NCBI RefSeq assembly: GCF_000150275.1
Contig: NW_002060949.1
Coordinates: forward strand, 4,098,449-4,162,448
Direction: 5' to 3'
Length of the DNA stretch: 64,000 bases
DNA from: Trichoplax adhaerens
Lineage: Eukaryota; Animalia; Placozoa
This document shows positions 1 to 14,600 of the stretch, in pieces. Within the stretch, counting starts at the first letter, position 1, and the number at the start of each line of letters is the position of its first letter. The notes under the pieces are model-generated. The model worked only from the letters and a program-made list of their open reading frames with translations, had not been told where the DNA came from and searched no databases. The position numbers and the translations under genes were made by a program.

Positions 1-3000
1 CTTACATTGAGCAATATTAATGAAGCGTAATGACAGATAACAATTAGCATGATGTATAAAAATAACACTAGGCGGAAAAATAATTTACTGCTTAATATTC
101 AATAATGTTGATGAATAAGGATTGTAGACAACATACGCTGTATCGATATGCTGTTGAGTTAATATTTAACTATAATCATTATTTTCTATTCTAATCATAA
201 AACTGTAACTAATATGTAAATGTAGATGTAAAGTATGATGGACTTACCGCCCAATACAGTATTAACTGTAGTAAGTGATGTTAATGTATGATAGTAGAAG
301 ATAATATTGATCATAGAGCAGTATACGGAGTTAACTTGCCGTTTAATGTTAAGTAGTACATATATAAATCATATTTAGTAATCAATATTAAACAACAATA
401 AGACACTTTCCAACAAAATTTGAATAATACTAATGGAATAAAATCATTTCCAACAAAGGGCAAGATGTAGAACTCACTTATAGTCGGACTTGGAGTAGTA
501 TTGATACGATACGAATTTAGCAGGTACTAACGACTACTGTGATGTTCCCCACGAAATTTTTAAAAAATGCTAAAAGGAAATTATTCTATTGATATTAAAA
601 ATTATAAAATATATTGAATTATTCAATAAATTGCCTGATACCCCACGATAACAAGTAGATATGTAATCAAAGAAAAGATTAGCCGCCAGGTAGGTAATTC
701 TTCAAGATAGGCAGAAATAGACTAATAGTAGTCATTTGTGCTAGTTTTAATTAAAAGCAATTAGCATTAACTTTAATGATCAGACCTCGTGTAAATATAT
801 TAGATTCATAATTATACACTATTTAAAATATCGAAATTTCATTGTAATAGGTGATTGCTTGTTACAGTGTTAAATACTGTATTACAGTAGAAATAACTAT
901 GTTAGGATAATTCTGTTAGACTATCCTTATTTAGTTAACTTCTAATTTGGATATACTGTATTTTAATATAGCACTGACTTTTTATGACAGTGACACTTAT
1001 ACACATACTGAAATTATAATAGTTATAATAGGGAATGCAAATCATCTGCTTACAGTTCGAATCATTGTGATTGTAATTTACTTATGGTAGACTGTAAATT
1101 ATCATGGAAATGTTCCGTGATAGGACATATCGTAATCTGACTATTCTGTATTAGTCATTACATGTCTATGTTCGTAAATACTGTTGTCTGCATTAAGGGA
1201 GCAGTAGCTAAAATTAATATCTAATTCAGTAAATGATTCTAATGTTAATTGTATTAACTATGACTCATGAACTATTGAGGAATAGTATATAAATGCAGTA
1301 TATCGTGAAATAAAGAAGAATTGTCCAACTTAGTGTTTAACGTAAAATACGAGGCGTTTAAGTCTTTGTGTAGTCTGCTAGTAGAGCAAAAGTGTTTGCG
1401 ATAGTGCAGATATCGTTCCTTGATACGTGGTTCAAGGAATTGACTTATTGATCGTATATTGCGTTATCTTGTTGCAAAGCTGTTTTGTGACATTGCTATA
1501 TAATTAACATAACAAATTTCGATAGAAACAGAAATCATTCTTAAAGTAATTAGAAATTGTTTTAATGTCAACAATATCATAAAGCATTGTAAAGTATCAA
1601 TTAGTGATATCTAATATCGTAAAAATTATTTAATTAGATAATGAAGAAAATGTTAAATTTGTAATCATTCACAGTTTATAGTTTAAAAGATTTTGCTATA
1701 ATTGTTAATGATAGCATGTGCCATGACGTAAGACGCGAGAATAACAGTAAAAATTTAAGGGCTGATTATAAATTGTTTCTTATAAGTACTGTAAAACATT
1801 GATTACTAATCTAAAACTTATAAGAAGTTTAAAACTCCGAAACTGATCACATTGGTATTTTCATGTATTACTGTCTTCAATTTAATTATAAGTAAGTCTA
1901 TTTATAATATGCATAATTGCATCTATGTATTTATCATTAGTGCATTAGTTCGCTCAATTTTAAAGAAAAAGGATGCATTAGTAATTTATTTAACATCACA
2001 AAGCCGGCATATGAATACCACGCCTCTTGTCGCGCCGTAATAGGTAATGTAATTACTATTCTAATGGCTCTTACAGCCGAACAATATGAATGTAATAGCA
2101 TATACAGTGGAGCATACCATGAAATTCTCAGATGACTACTCTTTTAATTCTGCATTTATCAAAGCAACAGAATCATAAATTCAATTTTGCTCCTCTCTAC
2201 ATATCTTGACGTAAATTGACAATGCAGTCTTGAAAGTATTTAAACTATTAATGGTCTGTATTGATTTTAAAAGTTATTTCTCCACCGTTACTTTAAAAAT
2301 TACAAAGTGTAAAAATTGGGTTTAAGGCAAGAAACGTCCTACTATCTACGTCCTTTGCTGCATTTTACAAATAATAATGTTACTCTGCAGTAAACTGCTA
2401 GAACACTAGAAAATTTGGTAAATGCAACTATCCGGCTGCAAAATTACTTGCAAAATTTTTTATTGCCAGTAATACAAACTCTAGATGTGATAACTATAAC
2501 GTAAATAATAGAATATTATTCTTTAAAATTTACTGCTGTAAATAAGTTCTACATAGAACAAAATTTACTGCAAGCATATACACTACAGATAAAGGGCTGA
2601 AATAGCAGGTGTTAGCGTGCCAAATTCAGTTCATTATTTCTGATATCCAACAAAGTTATATGAATAAACGAGCAATACGACATCGGAATGTTATCAATGC
2701 GTTCTCTACGCTGTGTTATTATATAATACAACAGTAGGCCATCTCCAATCACTAGAATTCCTAAGTACCGTTACGGAAAACTATTCCTAAAATAATTAAA
2801 TAAAAAATACGCGTATGTCCCATACCTCTTGAAAGGCGACAACATATATACCTTCTGGTGCATAATAAATTTGTTTATTTGTTCCATTCAATATCTATAG
2901 TAATCAAAACAGCTTGAATATTGTCAATATGCATAAAATCTCTCGGGCTTTAAAATCACAGTATACGCTAAAATCTATAAGCTATTTTTCCAATTATATT

Positions 3001-6000
3001 ACCGAAACTTTTCTAAAAAATTAATTGTTATAAAATATAGTATGTACTTTGCAATTGCGCAAGTTATCTATTCACACGCAAGCATTTTCTTCCTCTTATT
3101 ATTGCTAGAAAGTAAAAATACTTGATAATGGCCGAGGTACTTGTTCGTATGTAACTACTCCTACACTATACGATATTCCATGCAATAAAAGCTATAATCT
3201 ATCTTCCTACGATATTACACAGGAATTAATTTCTGCCTTGTTTGATAAATAGCCAAATACATTAATTTCAATAATAATTAAACTAGATAGATCTTAAATT
3301 ACGAAAGTACTGGCAATTTTATTAGATACCCGAGGTACTATATTCGTGTTAGAATTGCAATTTAAATACTGTAGAGATAGAGGTTACCAATGTAATTCAG
3401 TATTGCATCCTCTGAAACACATTATGTAGATAACTAAAGATCGTTGCAAAACTAAATTATGGCAACTAGGATTTTTTTATGAACGACTTTCATTTATCTA
3501 TTCAAAATTTGGTCATGGCAATTAAAGACAGTATCGACGAATGACCGTAGTTAAGGAACATTAATTTAAAACGCTTCTTTAGTAGTTACGGAAAGAATAA
3601 AACAATTATTAAAATTTAGCTTTGGATCTCATTAGCAATGATCCTAAAATAATTTTTATTTGCTTATTTGAAATACTTCGCCATTCGCCCTTTAATTATC
3701 AAGTAGTGTATTAAAGTCTAAGTAATTCAGTCAGGATACCTCGATATTAAAATATGTCATTAAAAATTTATTTAATTTTCGTATCTTCTTTAAAATTACC
3801 ATCAAAAACAATTTTATTCAGCTTTAAAATTAATGATATTATATCATAAAGATGTTGAACTGATTTAATAATCAGCGGTGGCTTCAATTTCATCAGTTGT
3901 GGCAAAGAATTATTCATCTTTTTGAGGATAAACTGGTTGAGATAATACTACTCGTATATAGTCGATCTTGAAGAACTATTATAATATAAATTCTTTATTT
4001 CTTAAAAATGCCAATCATCAATCTTTAGAGCTCAGTTTAATTGGAAAAAATATTTTAATTCTACGTTTATCTAATATAGCCTGATACCATTTATAGAACA
4101 ACCGCAGATATTAGTGGGATAGTATTAATTAGATCAAGCAGATTTGAGACATTTCGTTTGTTTACATCGCAACTAGAAGCTGTAATCGTTTAAGTTAAGC
4201 CCTTGAAGGACTGAAGATACTGCCAAATAACCTATAATTATTCTAAGAAGATTGGTATAAATTAAGAATGACCAAGAAAGCCACAACAGTTATTCTTGGA
4301 TAATATAATTAAATTATAAAATTCAAGTGAAACGTCTGCCAAAACTAATTTCTAATCAACTAAACAATATTATAGAATCTCTTTATATCTCAATAGACAT
4401 CATTGTGTTATATAGAATTCATTCTAAAATTTATAGATTAATTTTCTAAATTACTAAAAAATCTAGAATCAAACCTACTGACAATAGGTATAAAACCACT
4501 TAAAATACGAATAATTATGAATGTCGTAGCACTTTTCATTTAGTAGTAGAATACTAAAATTAAAAAGTAATTTTTAAATTGCTAAAATAGGCCCTAAAAT
4601 TTTCGTTATAATACGACTGAGTAACGTAACTTGAAATGAAATTATACTAAATGCATTGTATGTTATATACAAATGCTGCAAATAGGAAGACCATAGTTTC
4701 TGATTTTCTAAAAATTATTATCATAATAGCTATAACTATCGCATCAAGCATGAAATAATATAAAACGGGAATGATCGTGAAATTTAAAACATTTCATTAA
4801 TGTTTAAATTATGGAACTACAATAAAATATAATTCTGTGCAATAGATTAGAAGCCTCACGGTTTGAAGTAACACCGTTATGCCCGTAGCATGCCCTAGTA
4901 AGTATAGTATGATGTAAGCTAAATTTATTGTAGAAGTTACTGTATTTTCATTTAGATAATTCAGCTACAGAGATTTAAATTTATCGATATAAATCGGTTG
5001 CAATTTAACACAGCGATTTACTAATAATCATTTCTTACATAATTGCGTATCATTGTTTTGAATACGGTATCTATGCGAGTTAATATGCATGTTATTTATT
5101 TTTTCAAGTCTATATTATTTGTAATGTACTGATATTTTTTCTGTCAACATCAATTACGTCATAGAAATCTGTTTGGAAATTTCAATTTGTGAAACAACGC
5201 AAATGAAATTCCTGCTCTCCCACTCAATGAATAATATTTGACCATCTTGATTGTTTCCGTTCTGACTAATGCGTTTTAATACAACCAACAACCAACTCAC
5301 AATCGATTATAATTATTTGTAAAAAAATTTCATAGCTTTGTTTTTACAATAATATTTTGTTTTACTAATATCAATCGAATGATAAACTGTGTTAGAATAT
5401 ATTGATCATTACTTAGCCAAAATATTGATTATCGCTATAAGTAAAGTATGTTTTGATACGGTAATTTTTCAATGCATTGATTTTTAATCTTGCAGAGTTA
5501 ACTTGTATCTTTATTCTTAGCATTGCCGGGTTGATCACGACTGTGTGGGTCAATTTTACTCACCTATATGATAATAAAAATTTTCTATATACCATACTCT
5601 ATATCTAAATCAATTTCTTTTCGTCCTAAATTTAAATCATTTTCTTCTATAGATATATACAAGGTTTACATTTTCTAACTTACTTGCATAATTTATACGT
5701 ATCAAGGGTATTTAGTATAGGATAAAAGTATTAACAAATTAACACAAATAACTTTCATTTTAAAATTTTGAAATATTCCATATTTTAACCAACTAATTAA
5801 GGCTAAAATAAATTTGATCAGCCATCTCAAAACAATTATGCGATATTAAGATAATCATAATTTTTATAGAATCTTTATTAATTTTGAATCTAATTTAAAT
5901 AATTTATGAAAATTCAATCTGTAAAGTGCGAAGATCCATCTTCTTTCAAAATCAATTTATATGCTTGAAAAATCGATTCAGTATAGAATCACCAATCTAT

Positions 6001-9000
6001 CCAATGAACTGGTAACTATCATAATTTTAAATAAATTCTTTTACTTGTAACTTCTTTCTTTCACTGGTCACGTATCAGTTTTAGCCTTTACTGTTTTCTC
6101 TTTTAATCTTGAGATCCAGTTAATGCTCTAATGTTCTTCCTTTCATTTCACATGTTCTCACAGTTTTGTATTTCACGCAAGCTATAGTGGTGCTCCCTGT
6201 ATTTCATATTTTTCAATAATCTCGATATTAATTTTACCAAGAGGAACTCCTCTAATATCCTATGAAATTTTTCAATAACGATTTAATTATCGCCCATGGA
6301 AATTTCAAAATATTTTTGTCCTAGGGTTGATTTCATCACCATTATACATCGCTAAAGTGATCAATGGTTTATACAGCCTTTATATTTCGCCTAAAATATT
6401 CTCAGTATTATTATGATATATAAAATAGCCGTAATAATGCTGCTGTTTGCGCTTCATTACTATTTTACAAATAGAACATCAGCAGCAGGATCAAGTGATA
6501 AAACAATTCTAATATCCAAAAAAATGATTAACAATAATTTAATTTTGCCTCCTTAGAAGTAACGAAAATATTTTTACGTTTTCTGTATCCCTTTCATTAA
6601 ATGCTATCAATAGTTTTTAGTGTCTTCTAAGTCAACAACATGAGTGAAAGCATGAGTTATAAATGACTCGCTTCCATCACTCGTAAAATTATTATTTAAT
6701 TAATAGATTTTCTCTTATACAATTCCACTCGACTAAATTAAGTTATTTGCTCATGACTTACAGATATTTTTGCCTTTGGCTGTTTACTAAACTCCAATAG
6801 TTTAGATTGTAGTAATAACAACATAACGGAACTGAAAATATTTATTGTTTCTACTTAACAAATCTCAGTTAACATCAGAAATAATTCACTATGACAGCAT
6901 TACAGAGAAATTCTAACCTAACTTAATGCTGCTGTAAACAATTTGATAACTCGAGTTAATGAATTAAAACTAAAATGTAGAAGATTCAACTCGACATCAT
7001 GACTAATCTATTAGTAAGGGTTAAAGGTTTAGCTGCTAAAGAATTTTTATTATTGACGTTTACTCATTAAATAGCATAATGCTTGAAATATTTTTCATAA
7101 TAACCTCATCTCAAAACAGACAATGCAATTACTCACTTCAGATGAAAAAATAGATAGATTAAATAATTTTATTTCGCATCGAGGACAATATACTGTATGA
7201 AGAATAATAATATAGAAATTCCGACTATTACAATGAACCAAGCTGGATATCTAAGACAATGATTAAAAAATCATATTCCTATTTTATGATATTTGTCGAG
7301 ATATATTACATCAAAATACATTTTTATCTGTAACAAGAATAGTAAAATATTTAAAAAATGGTAAGAAAAAAGCATTACCATGTAAAATACTTATAATAGA
7401 TTTATTAAATAGTATTTCAAAACACTTTGTTCCTACTTGTAAAGTAAATATGGAGAAATGTTTTTCTCGACGTTGAATACATTTATAGCGTTCTTTTCCT
7501 CGACAGAATGACAGTCGATTAACATAATCTAACAACATTGTTAAGGTAATTGTATATATATATAAATATTAATTATACGGAATTTGATGACTTTATACAA
7601 GAACTGATGGCTTCTAAAGTTTATCAGGTTCTCTTACTCACTATCTGCAATTTGACATCATCGGGCATAATATTGTTATTTTATCCAATGGAAAATTATT
7701 TTAACAATTATAACCATTTTGTACAAAAGAAATAATCCCTCACGAAATGACTACTCTAATTGTTCTCTGTGTCATTTCTCCACTTCTAGAAAATCCTATT
7801 AGAAAGTAAAGTTATAGATGCTATCAAGCTAGCTTGGATTGGCAAAATTACATGCAAGTAATGATCTACTGATGCATCAAAAATGACTGCATTCCGCTTT
7901 GATATACTCCTATCAATAGTTATCATAGGAAGTTTTTATCTTTACTTTGATGTTATAAAATCCATTTCTCATTGCAAATTGAATAAATATCAATAAACAA
8001 ACCATTTTATCAAATTAATAATAAAAGAATTCAATTAAAAAAATAGTTGCTGAAAAACGACATCATAGTCTGCAGGGCAAATTGAGTCTGAGAGAGAAAA
8101 AAATTCACGGAATATCAAACATATACAGTATTAAGTGTACCTAAGCAAATAGTCAATCTGAATCTCCGATAAAGAGATTGCAATACCATCTTGATGATAA
8201 AGTTATGAGCATTAGTAGAATATTCTTATTGCCGCTAATTATCAGTATAAGCTGTAGTATATTAACAATGATTTGGCTATTGGATAATATAATTGAATAA
8301 TGATAAATTAAATTACTAGTATTAAATTCTATTCCTACGCATTACATTTATTTCTTCGAAGCTTTAAATAAGTTGCCTATAAGTTAATCCAATTTAATCA
8401 ATCCTTCAGCTATTCCTCGGCAACGGAGTACATAATTAGTCATATAATATTACTACTGATTAAAATTTGAATTTTTAGCGATGTACTGTATTAATTAAAT
8501 TATTCGGAACAAGACCAGCTTAGTATGGGTACGGTAATCAATGTCATTAGGGTTAATATGACTTATGACTAGATAAGTTTCCACATAAATTAATCGACCA
8601 TTGTCTCAGATTTATGATTGATTCTTATAAAATAATATTTCTTCTTTGTATAATGATGATGCTAAAACAAATCTATTTTGCTTATGACTTACGTTACCAA
8701 TAGATAAAACTGGTAAAATATTGCCCTCAAAATGTAACACATAATTACATGATTTCTATATTTATTACCTGTTAAACTTACGAATACATTTAATGTTATT
8801 CCTATCAAAATAGCATCTGCACACTTCAATATTATGGGAAAATCGTTATTTCCTTCAGCTCATAAATTAAACATTAATCTTAAAAAAATAATGCTAAAGG
8901 CTGTAATTTTCTCCGTAGTCAATCTACTATCCAACAACTTGATTTTCATACAGTCCTAATCATGCCAGCATTTGACCACGAGCACTCTTATTGTTCGCTT

Positions 9001-10291
9001 CTTTTTTACCTTTGTATAACGTTTAGAAGTTGGATAAACTTTTAAATACTTGCTGAAAACGACAATTTAACTAATAAAGTTACTTTTAAATATGATTGTC
9101 TTCTGCCTGGAATCAAATTAGTTTAATCCATTAGAAGTTTAAATTTTTTCGTCGTTATTTTATTTTCCAAAGTAGGAAGTTCTATACGTTCAATTTCCCC
9201 CAACAATAGCCATACGCTGTTAGTACTTATTGATCCAATCGATTAGAATTAGCTATTGCAAAGGCTAATTTGAGCTGCATAAATAGGCAAGCATCATAAT
9301 GTTATTCTGTTCCGCTTAGGATCTCTTACATTTTCTTATAATTATACATGATCTTTCCTGTATTTATCGATCTGGCCACAAGTAGTGATTATCTCTAAGC
9401 ATTGGAAGAAAGAAGATATTCTATCTCCATATTATCCATGATTTGAATTATCAAATACAGAAATTGTGCTGTCTTCTCTTCCTGTATTATGTTGTAACAA
9501 ACAAATTTTAACAGGTTCCTTACATAAGATTTCAAATAATATTTCGTTTCGAAAACAAAGGTATCATCGCTATAAGGAGCGGAATAGTTGGTACTCTCAT
9601 AACTAGCTAAAGTGGAGTGAAATTGAACTTAACCCTATGATAAATAATGTCAGTCACAGCCAGTAACGCCATGAAAGAAATTCTAACACTTACACTGGAG
9701 TTTAATAAAACACAAATCACAATCTTGTCAAGATTTTCTCCTTTGAAAGTTCTTCCTCTAATCCATTATAAATCAGAACTTTAACAAACTACTACCACCA
9801 TTGCCATTTAATTTTATCAATAAAATATCCATCTTTCATTGACGTTACCTTTAGATTGACTCAAATATTGATTTTAATTTCTCTAGCAGCTTTTTTCATA
9901 CAAAAACTTACTGAAAGTCATAGTAGTGATCATTTCTTTAATTAATGACAGTAAAAAGAGCTGTTCATTCTTGTTGACTCTCGTCCATATAATGTTCCAA
10001 TCGATTACTGCCTCTAACTTTCTAACCAATGGCATCAATAGGAATTTTCTCTCTTATCTTTCTCGTTGATCTTAATGATTTATAATTATTCTACCCTGTG
10101 AAACTCTTTCTTCTTCATTACTCCGAATCCTATTGACTTGATCCATTTTTTCAGCCATAACTTCAGCTTCATTAGTTAATACAATTCCAATCTGCGTGTG
10201 TTAGGATATAATATCTCAATTGCAACTAGATACAGAAAAATCAACTGCTATCTATTTGATTCTCCTCTACTATCCTTTACACTAAACGTTT

Positions 10292-11608
10292 TTAACTTGG
10301 ATGGTATAAGCGACCAAGATATAACATACAACCAAATTGTTTCTCGCAAATAAAATATATAAAAGGATGATCTACAGTAAATTTGACATTGGATGTTGGT
10401 GGAGTAACGCGTACTCGGCTAGCTTTACGTTGGCGACCATTCATGGCTGTAGTACCATATTCATCTAATGTAATGGATAAACTGTGTATAAAACGTGCTA
10501 GACAGCAATCTTTCTCAGTTGTAATACCACTTAAATCGGCTAATTTATGATGAAATAATGATGTAGCACCCATAGCTTTAATGATATCATTCATATTATA
10601 AATATGTTTTAACCCGAAACGAGGCATCGTTAAATCAACTTGTTTAGGCCGCAATTTTAATATCCATTGGTTGATGTTAGCACCCGTTAAATGCTTTTCG
10701 ATAGTATCCAAGCTGACAATGTCATAAGGCATCATAATATACATGGACAGTGTACTACATTCGTAGGGTAATTCTAGTATTTCAAAACCTAATTGCCTTT
10801 CATGCATATGGCGTAATCGCCAACCACAACTTTTCATCATTTTAACGCGATGCGATTTGCCAATTTTTTCGTAGAAATAACCAGTTGTTGTATTGCCCTT
10901 GGAAAATTGATATTCCCAACGACAATTAAAGGATAAAGTAGTAATGACGAAAAAATTATCAAAGGAGCGAACTGCACGTTCAGAGACAGTACTGGTAATT
11001 TTTTTCATACTACGACGTTTTACCCATTTATTGATAGCACGATAAGCATCCATGTCATCTTCGCAGCGGATACATTCAAATGTACCATGATAGATTTTAG
11101 CCATTTGTGTATGATATTGATTGGATAAGTGGATATCACTACTACAGAATAAACCAACTGATACTTTAAAGAAATGGCCTTTGATTTGATGACTAATCTT
11201 AGATACTTCTTTAACGTTATAAGAGTCATGATTTAAGATAATTTGGCCACGTTTAAAGATACGTTCTAAGAATAAACTAGCACTAGATTTAGCATATTTC
11301 ATTTCTCCTCCATGGCTATCATCGTCATTTTTATGTCCTAGGATATCTTGTAACATTTTATAATTACAACGACAAGAACGTCTCCAATTTTCAACTTCAT
11401 TCAATATAAAGGTTAAACTATTAGGTAGTAATGAGCCGTTACTGACTTGTAATACAGTTTCAAGTTGTTTGGCCGTTTCGCCATTAGCCCCATAATGGAC
11501 GACCGCTAAAGCTGTTGAGAAACCTAGCGGCGATATTATAATATTTTTTCTCTTCTTCATCTGTTTCAATAAATTGCAACCAACATCGTTGATTGCCGTT
11601 GTATCCAT
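10292..11608 (-). CDS. Intronless serpin-family protein, ~438 aa, no signal peptide, atypical reactive-centre loop
   Basis: The ORF track opens at TTG 11620; the first ATG is at 11608 (MDTTAINDVG). Serpin motifs: NIIISPLGFSTALAVVHYGANGETAKQL (helix B/C), AINKWVKRRSMKKI, W-E-Y-Q-F, ILELPY, MPRF, ADLSGIT, and the C-terminal signature FTVDHPFIYFI...LYLGRLYHP. Confidence 0.93.
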   Translation of the reverse strand: MDTTAINDVGCNLLKQMKKRKNIIISPLGFSTALAVVHYGANGETAKQLETVLQVSNGSLLPNSLTFILNEVENWRRSCRCNYKMLQDILGHKNDDDSHGGEMKYAKSSASLFLERIFKRGQIILNHDSYNVKEVSKISHQIKGHFFKVSVGLFCSSDIHLSNQYHTQMAKIYHGTFECIRCEDDMDAYRAINKWVKRRSMKKITSTVSERAVRSFDNFFVITTLSFNCRWEYQFSKGNTTTGYFYEKIGKSHRVKMMKSCGWRLRHMHERQLGFEILELPYECSTLSMYIMMPYDIVSLDTIEKHLTGANINQWILKLRPKQVDLTMPRFGLKHIYNMNDIIKAMGATSLFHHKLADLSGITTEKDCCLARFIHSLSITLDEYGTTAMNGRQRKASRVRVTPPTSNVKFTVDHPFIYFICEKQFGCMLYLGRLYHPS

Positions 11609-14600
11609 CGTCTTGATCAATTCACTTTAAATTTTCTATGATTGATATGAACAGATTTTCTCACTATCCAAGGAAATAACTCATACAATTGATGAAATAT
11701 ACAGCATAAAGTATTGAACGTTGTTCAGATTTAATATAAGGAATAAAAAATGGTATAGCGACGTGGATATCCGCTTTATTTGATCAATAGACTAATTCCA
11801 AATACCAGTACTCGTACTAGGCAACTTGGAGACTTAATGATATACACCGATCCATTAATTTAGTCTTATCCCACTGTTAGCAATAGCATCTATATAGATG
11901 AAAGTAAATAGCAGAAAAAATGGATCGTAAAACATGAGTAATGAAAGTCACAAACGATAACGATGATCACGTTATTGTAATCATCGTGCTATAAATTATA
12001 GCCCGTAATACTATTGACAGGGAAAATATTAACTCGTCGCTCTAAACATTGACCCAATAAGTTAAGACAAAGTCAAATCAGCTGGCAATTTTTATCCAAG
12101 TCGATTACGATCCCAATTCCTACAACAATGACTACAGCATACGACGTAAAACCATCATAACTACACCAACATCAATCAATTAAACACATCATTTAAAAGA
12201 AATAGAAAGGGTATGTTATCTTGAGAGAAAAAAATATTTTCTAAAGGGCGCTTCTTCAAGACAAGATTTTATAATGAAATTCATTTAATTATGATATTTT
12301 ACCCCTAGGTCTAGATTGAAACGTTGAGAGTAATCAAGCTGAGAATACTGTATCCTACCCAACAATTAATGTATTGAAAGTGGATAGCAAAAAAAGCCAT
12401 TTTTGGCCTATATTCCTGTTTTCATTTTTGGCTTCCTTAAAATTCTATTATACAAATTTTCAACTTACTTTAAAGAATCATTTTCATCTTTTTTTAAAGG
12501 TGGAAGGTCAATACCGATTTTTTTTTCTCCCTAACCAACACTTAATAAAATACCATAGCTTCCTGATGATGCGATGGTCGTTAACGATGTCGTCGTCTAT
12601 TTAAATCCTTTGGCCTTCCCCTAACTACGCTGGTTGGTCAGATACTGCGCAATTCTAAGTTTCTTTATCCTATATTGTGTGATTTTATTCTATTGACTCA
12701 ATAGTCCACGCGCATATACACATAGATCCACACATAAATAGAATACCAAGTAAAACAAGTAATAGTTTCCTTATGAGGAGAAATACTAACTTGGCTTGTA
12801 AGAAACAAAAAGAAAAAAACTAATCATCAACATCTAAAATGACAACAACTAGCAGATTGGATTCAATTCAATAGCCAATACCAGCTTTCTTCTCGATTTA
12901 TTATAACTTACCATTGATTAAGCATACTTTAAAATCAAACAATGGAATCCATAATTAAGCTATTGAGTGGAGACTTGACATCATTACAATGCTGTCATAA
13001 CCTATTCTCAAAGTAGTCGAAGATGAATTCTCAAGACCTTTTAATTTTCTTCATTGATGATGCCTTCTTTTATCCCTTTTGCCCTCCCATCCTAGTCAAT
13101 ATCGCTCACTCTTTTTTCACCCTCTCAATAGCACGATTAACTACAGGAAATAAAGGCCAACTATTTTACTTACTTCAATAAAGACATATTAGGAAGGATG
13201 GAGTAATTAAACTGTCATCATAAATTTGATAAAGAAAAGGAGCAAAAATACATGAAGAAAAGTCAAAATGACTCCAATCAGTTATTTTAGGAATGATCGA
13301 TTATCATATTATTTTTTTTTTCGTTAATAATACGTCTATTTTATTCATTAAATTACTTTAATATTATTAATTTTTGCTATAAATATCCTATGTTTTCTCT
13401 CCACTGTAGATACGGGTGTAATATCCACAAAACATAGAGTATCCATATTATAATTGAATAATACAGCAAAAAAGTCGCACTCTTTAATACCCATTCATGA
13501 CTATTAATAGGACTAATGTATTAATTGAAGCTATAGATACAATCCTTTTTCATCGCTTAGAAAACGTTATTTATTAGTATTATTTATTTAAGTCTGTACT
13601 CTATCGCTATTACTAGATTTTTATTTTTTGAACCTTAAATTCTTGGCTGATATGAACGCCAAAAGCGACGAAAAGATCATCATAAGAATCATAGTTGTAC
13701 AAATATATCGCTAAACTTGATCTTTGATTTTAAGGAGTGGGAAGAAAGATTAAATAATGGTGACCCTAATTGTTTGAGTAAGGGCATGGAGTGATATAGA
13801 CAGTAAGGGATGTTCATACCAGATTTTAATTTTTCTTTATACAAATTCCATTTACTGCGTGTTCTAGAATAAACATGGTAACTTCGAGTTCACGGCTAGC
13901 AAAGTGGCTGCTTTAGTGCTAGGCTATAATATCAGTATTATTAATAGAAACTGTAGTAAAAGGAAATAGCCCCATTAATAATGTGATTGAATAAAAAAAT
14001 GGTAGTCTTCGAATTTATTCGGTTATCGATACAAACAATTACTATGCAAATACGGAAAATACGTTAGCACTACACAATTTATTACAATTTAGATTGTGAT
14101 AAGCTCAAGACTGATGATATTTATTCATATGAAATAGTGGTGGTTAACTGCTACGTGAATACGATTATTGTCAAATAGATAGGCAACTATAATTAACCGA
14201 AAAATATTCACAAGATCTTATGGCAAATAAAAATGGTTATAGTATGAATTTAGACAGTAGTAATTTGTCCCTTATTCAAATATAAATAATTTGGCCTCTA
14301 ACTATATAAAGGTCCAGCTGGCTATAGTATATAATGCATATGGTCTTTTAGAAAATGAACGTTCAAGAAACCGATCAAGTCGACTGTAGTCTCTTATATA
14401 GATAACAACATAATATTCCCGCAAAGTTAATATATTAAGGGCGCGACTTGCAGATATCTAATAAAAATTTTTAATCTACGTTAGCACAAATTCATACGTT
14501 ATAGCTTTGCTAAAATTTCTTGCCGCTGACTTTGGGAATTCTATAATTGCGTCTTACACCATCAGCTAGTCACTTTATTGATCCAATATTCAAGTTATCA

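Noticed and set aside
10415-10445. Furin-inhibitor serpin, based on the basic RCL
   Set aside because: RQRKASRVR contains no R-X-[K/R]-R site and the hinge looks incompatible with loop insertion.
11020-11229. 69-aa ORF nested in the serpin
   Set aside because: Alternate-frame by-product of the serpin CDS.
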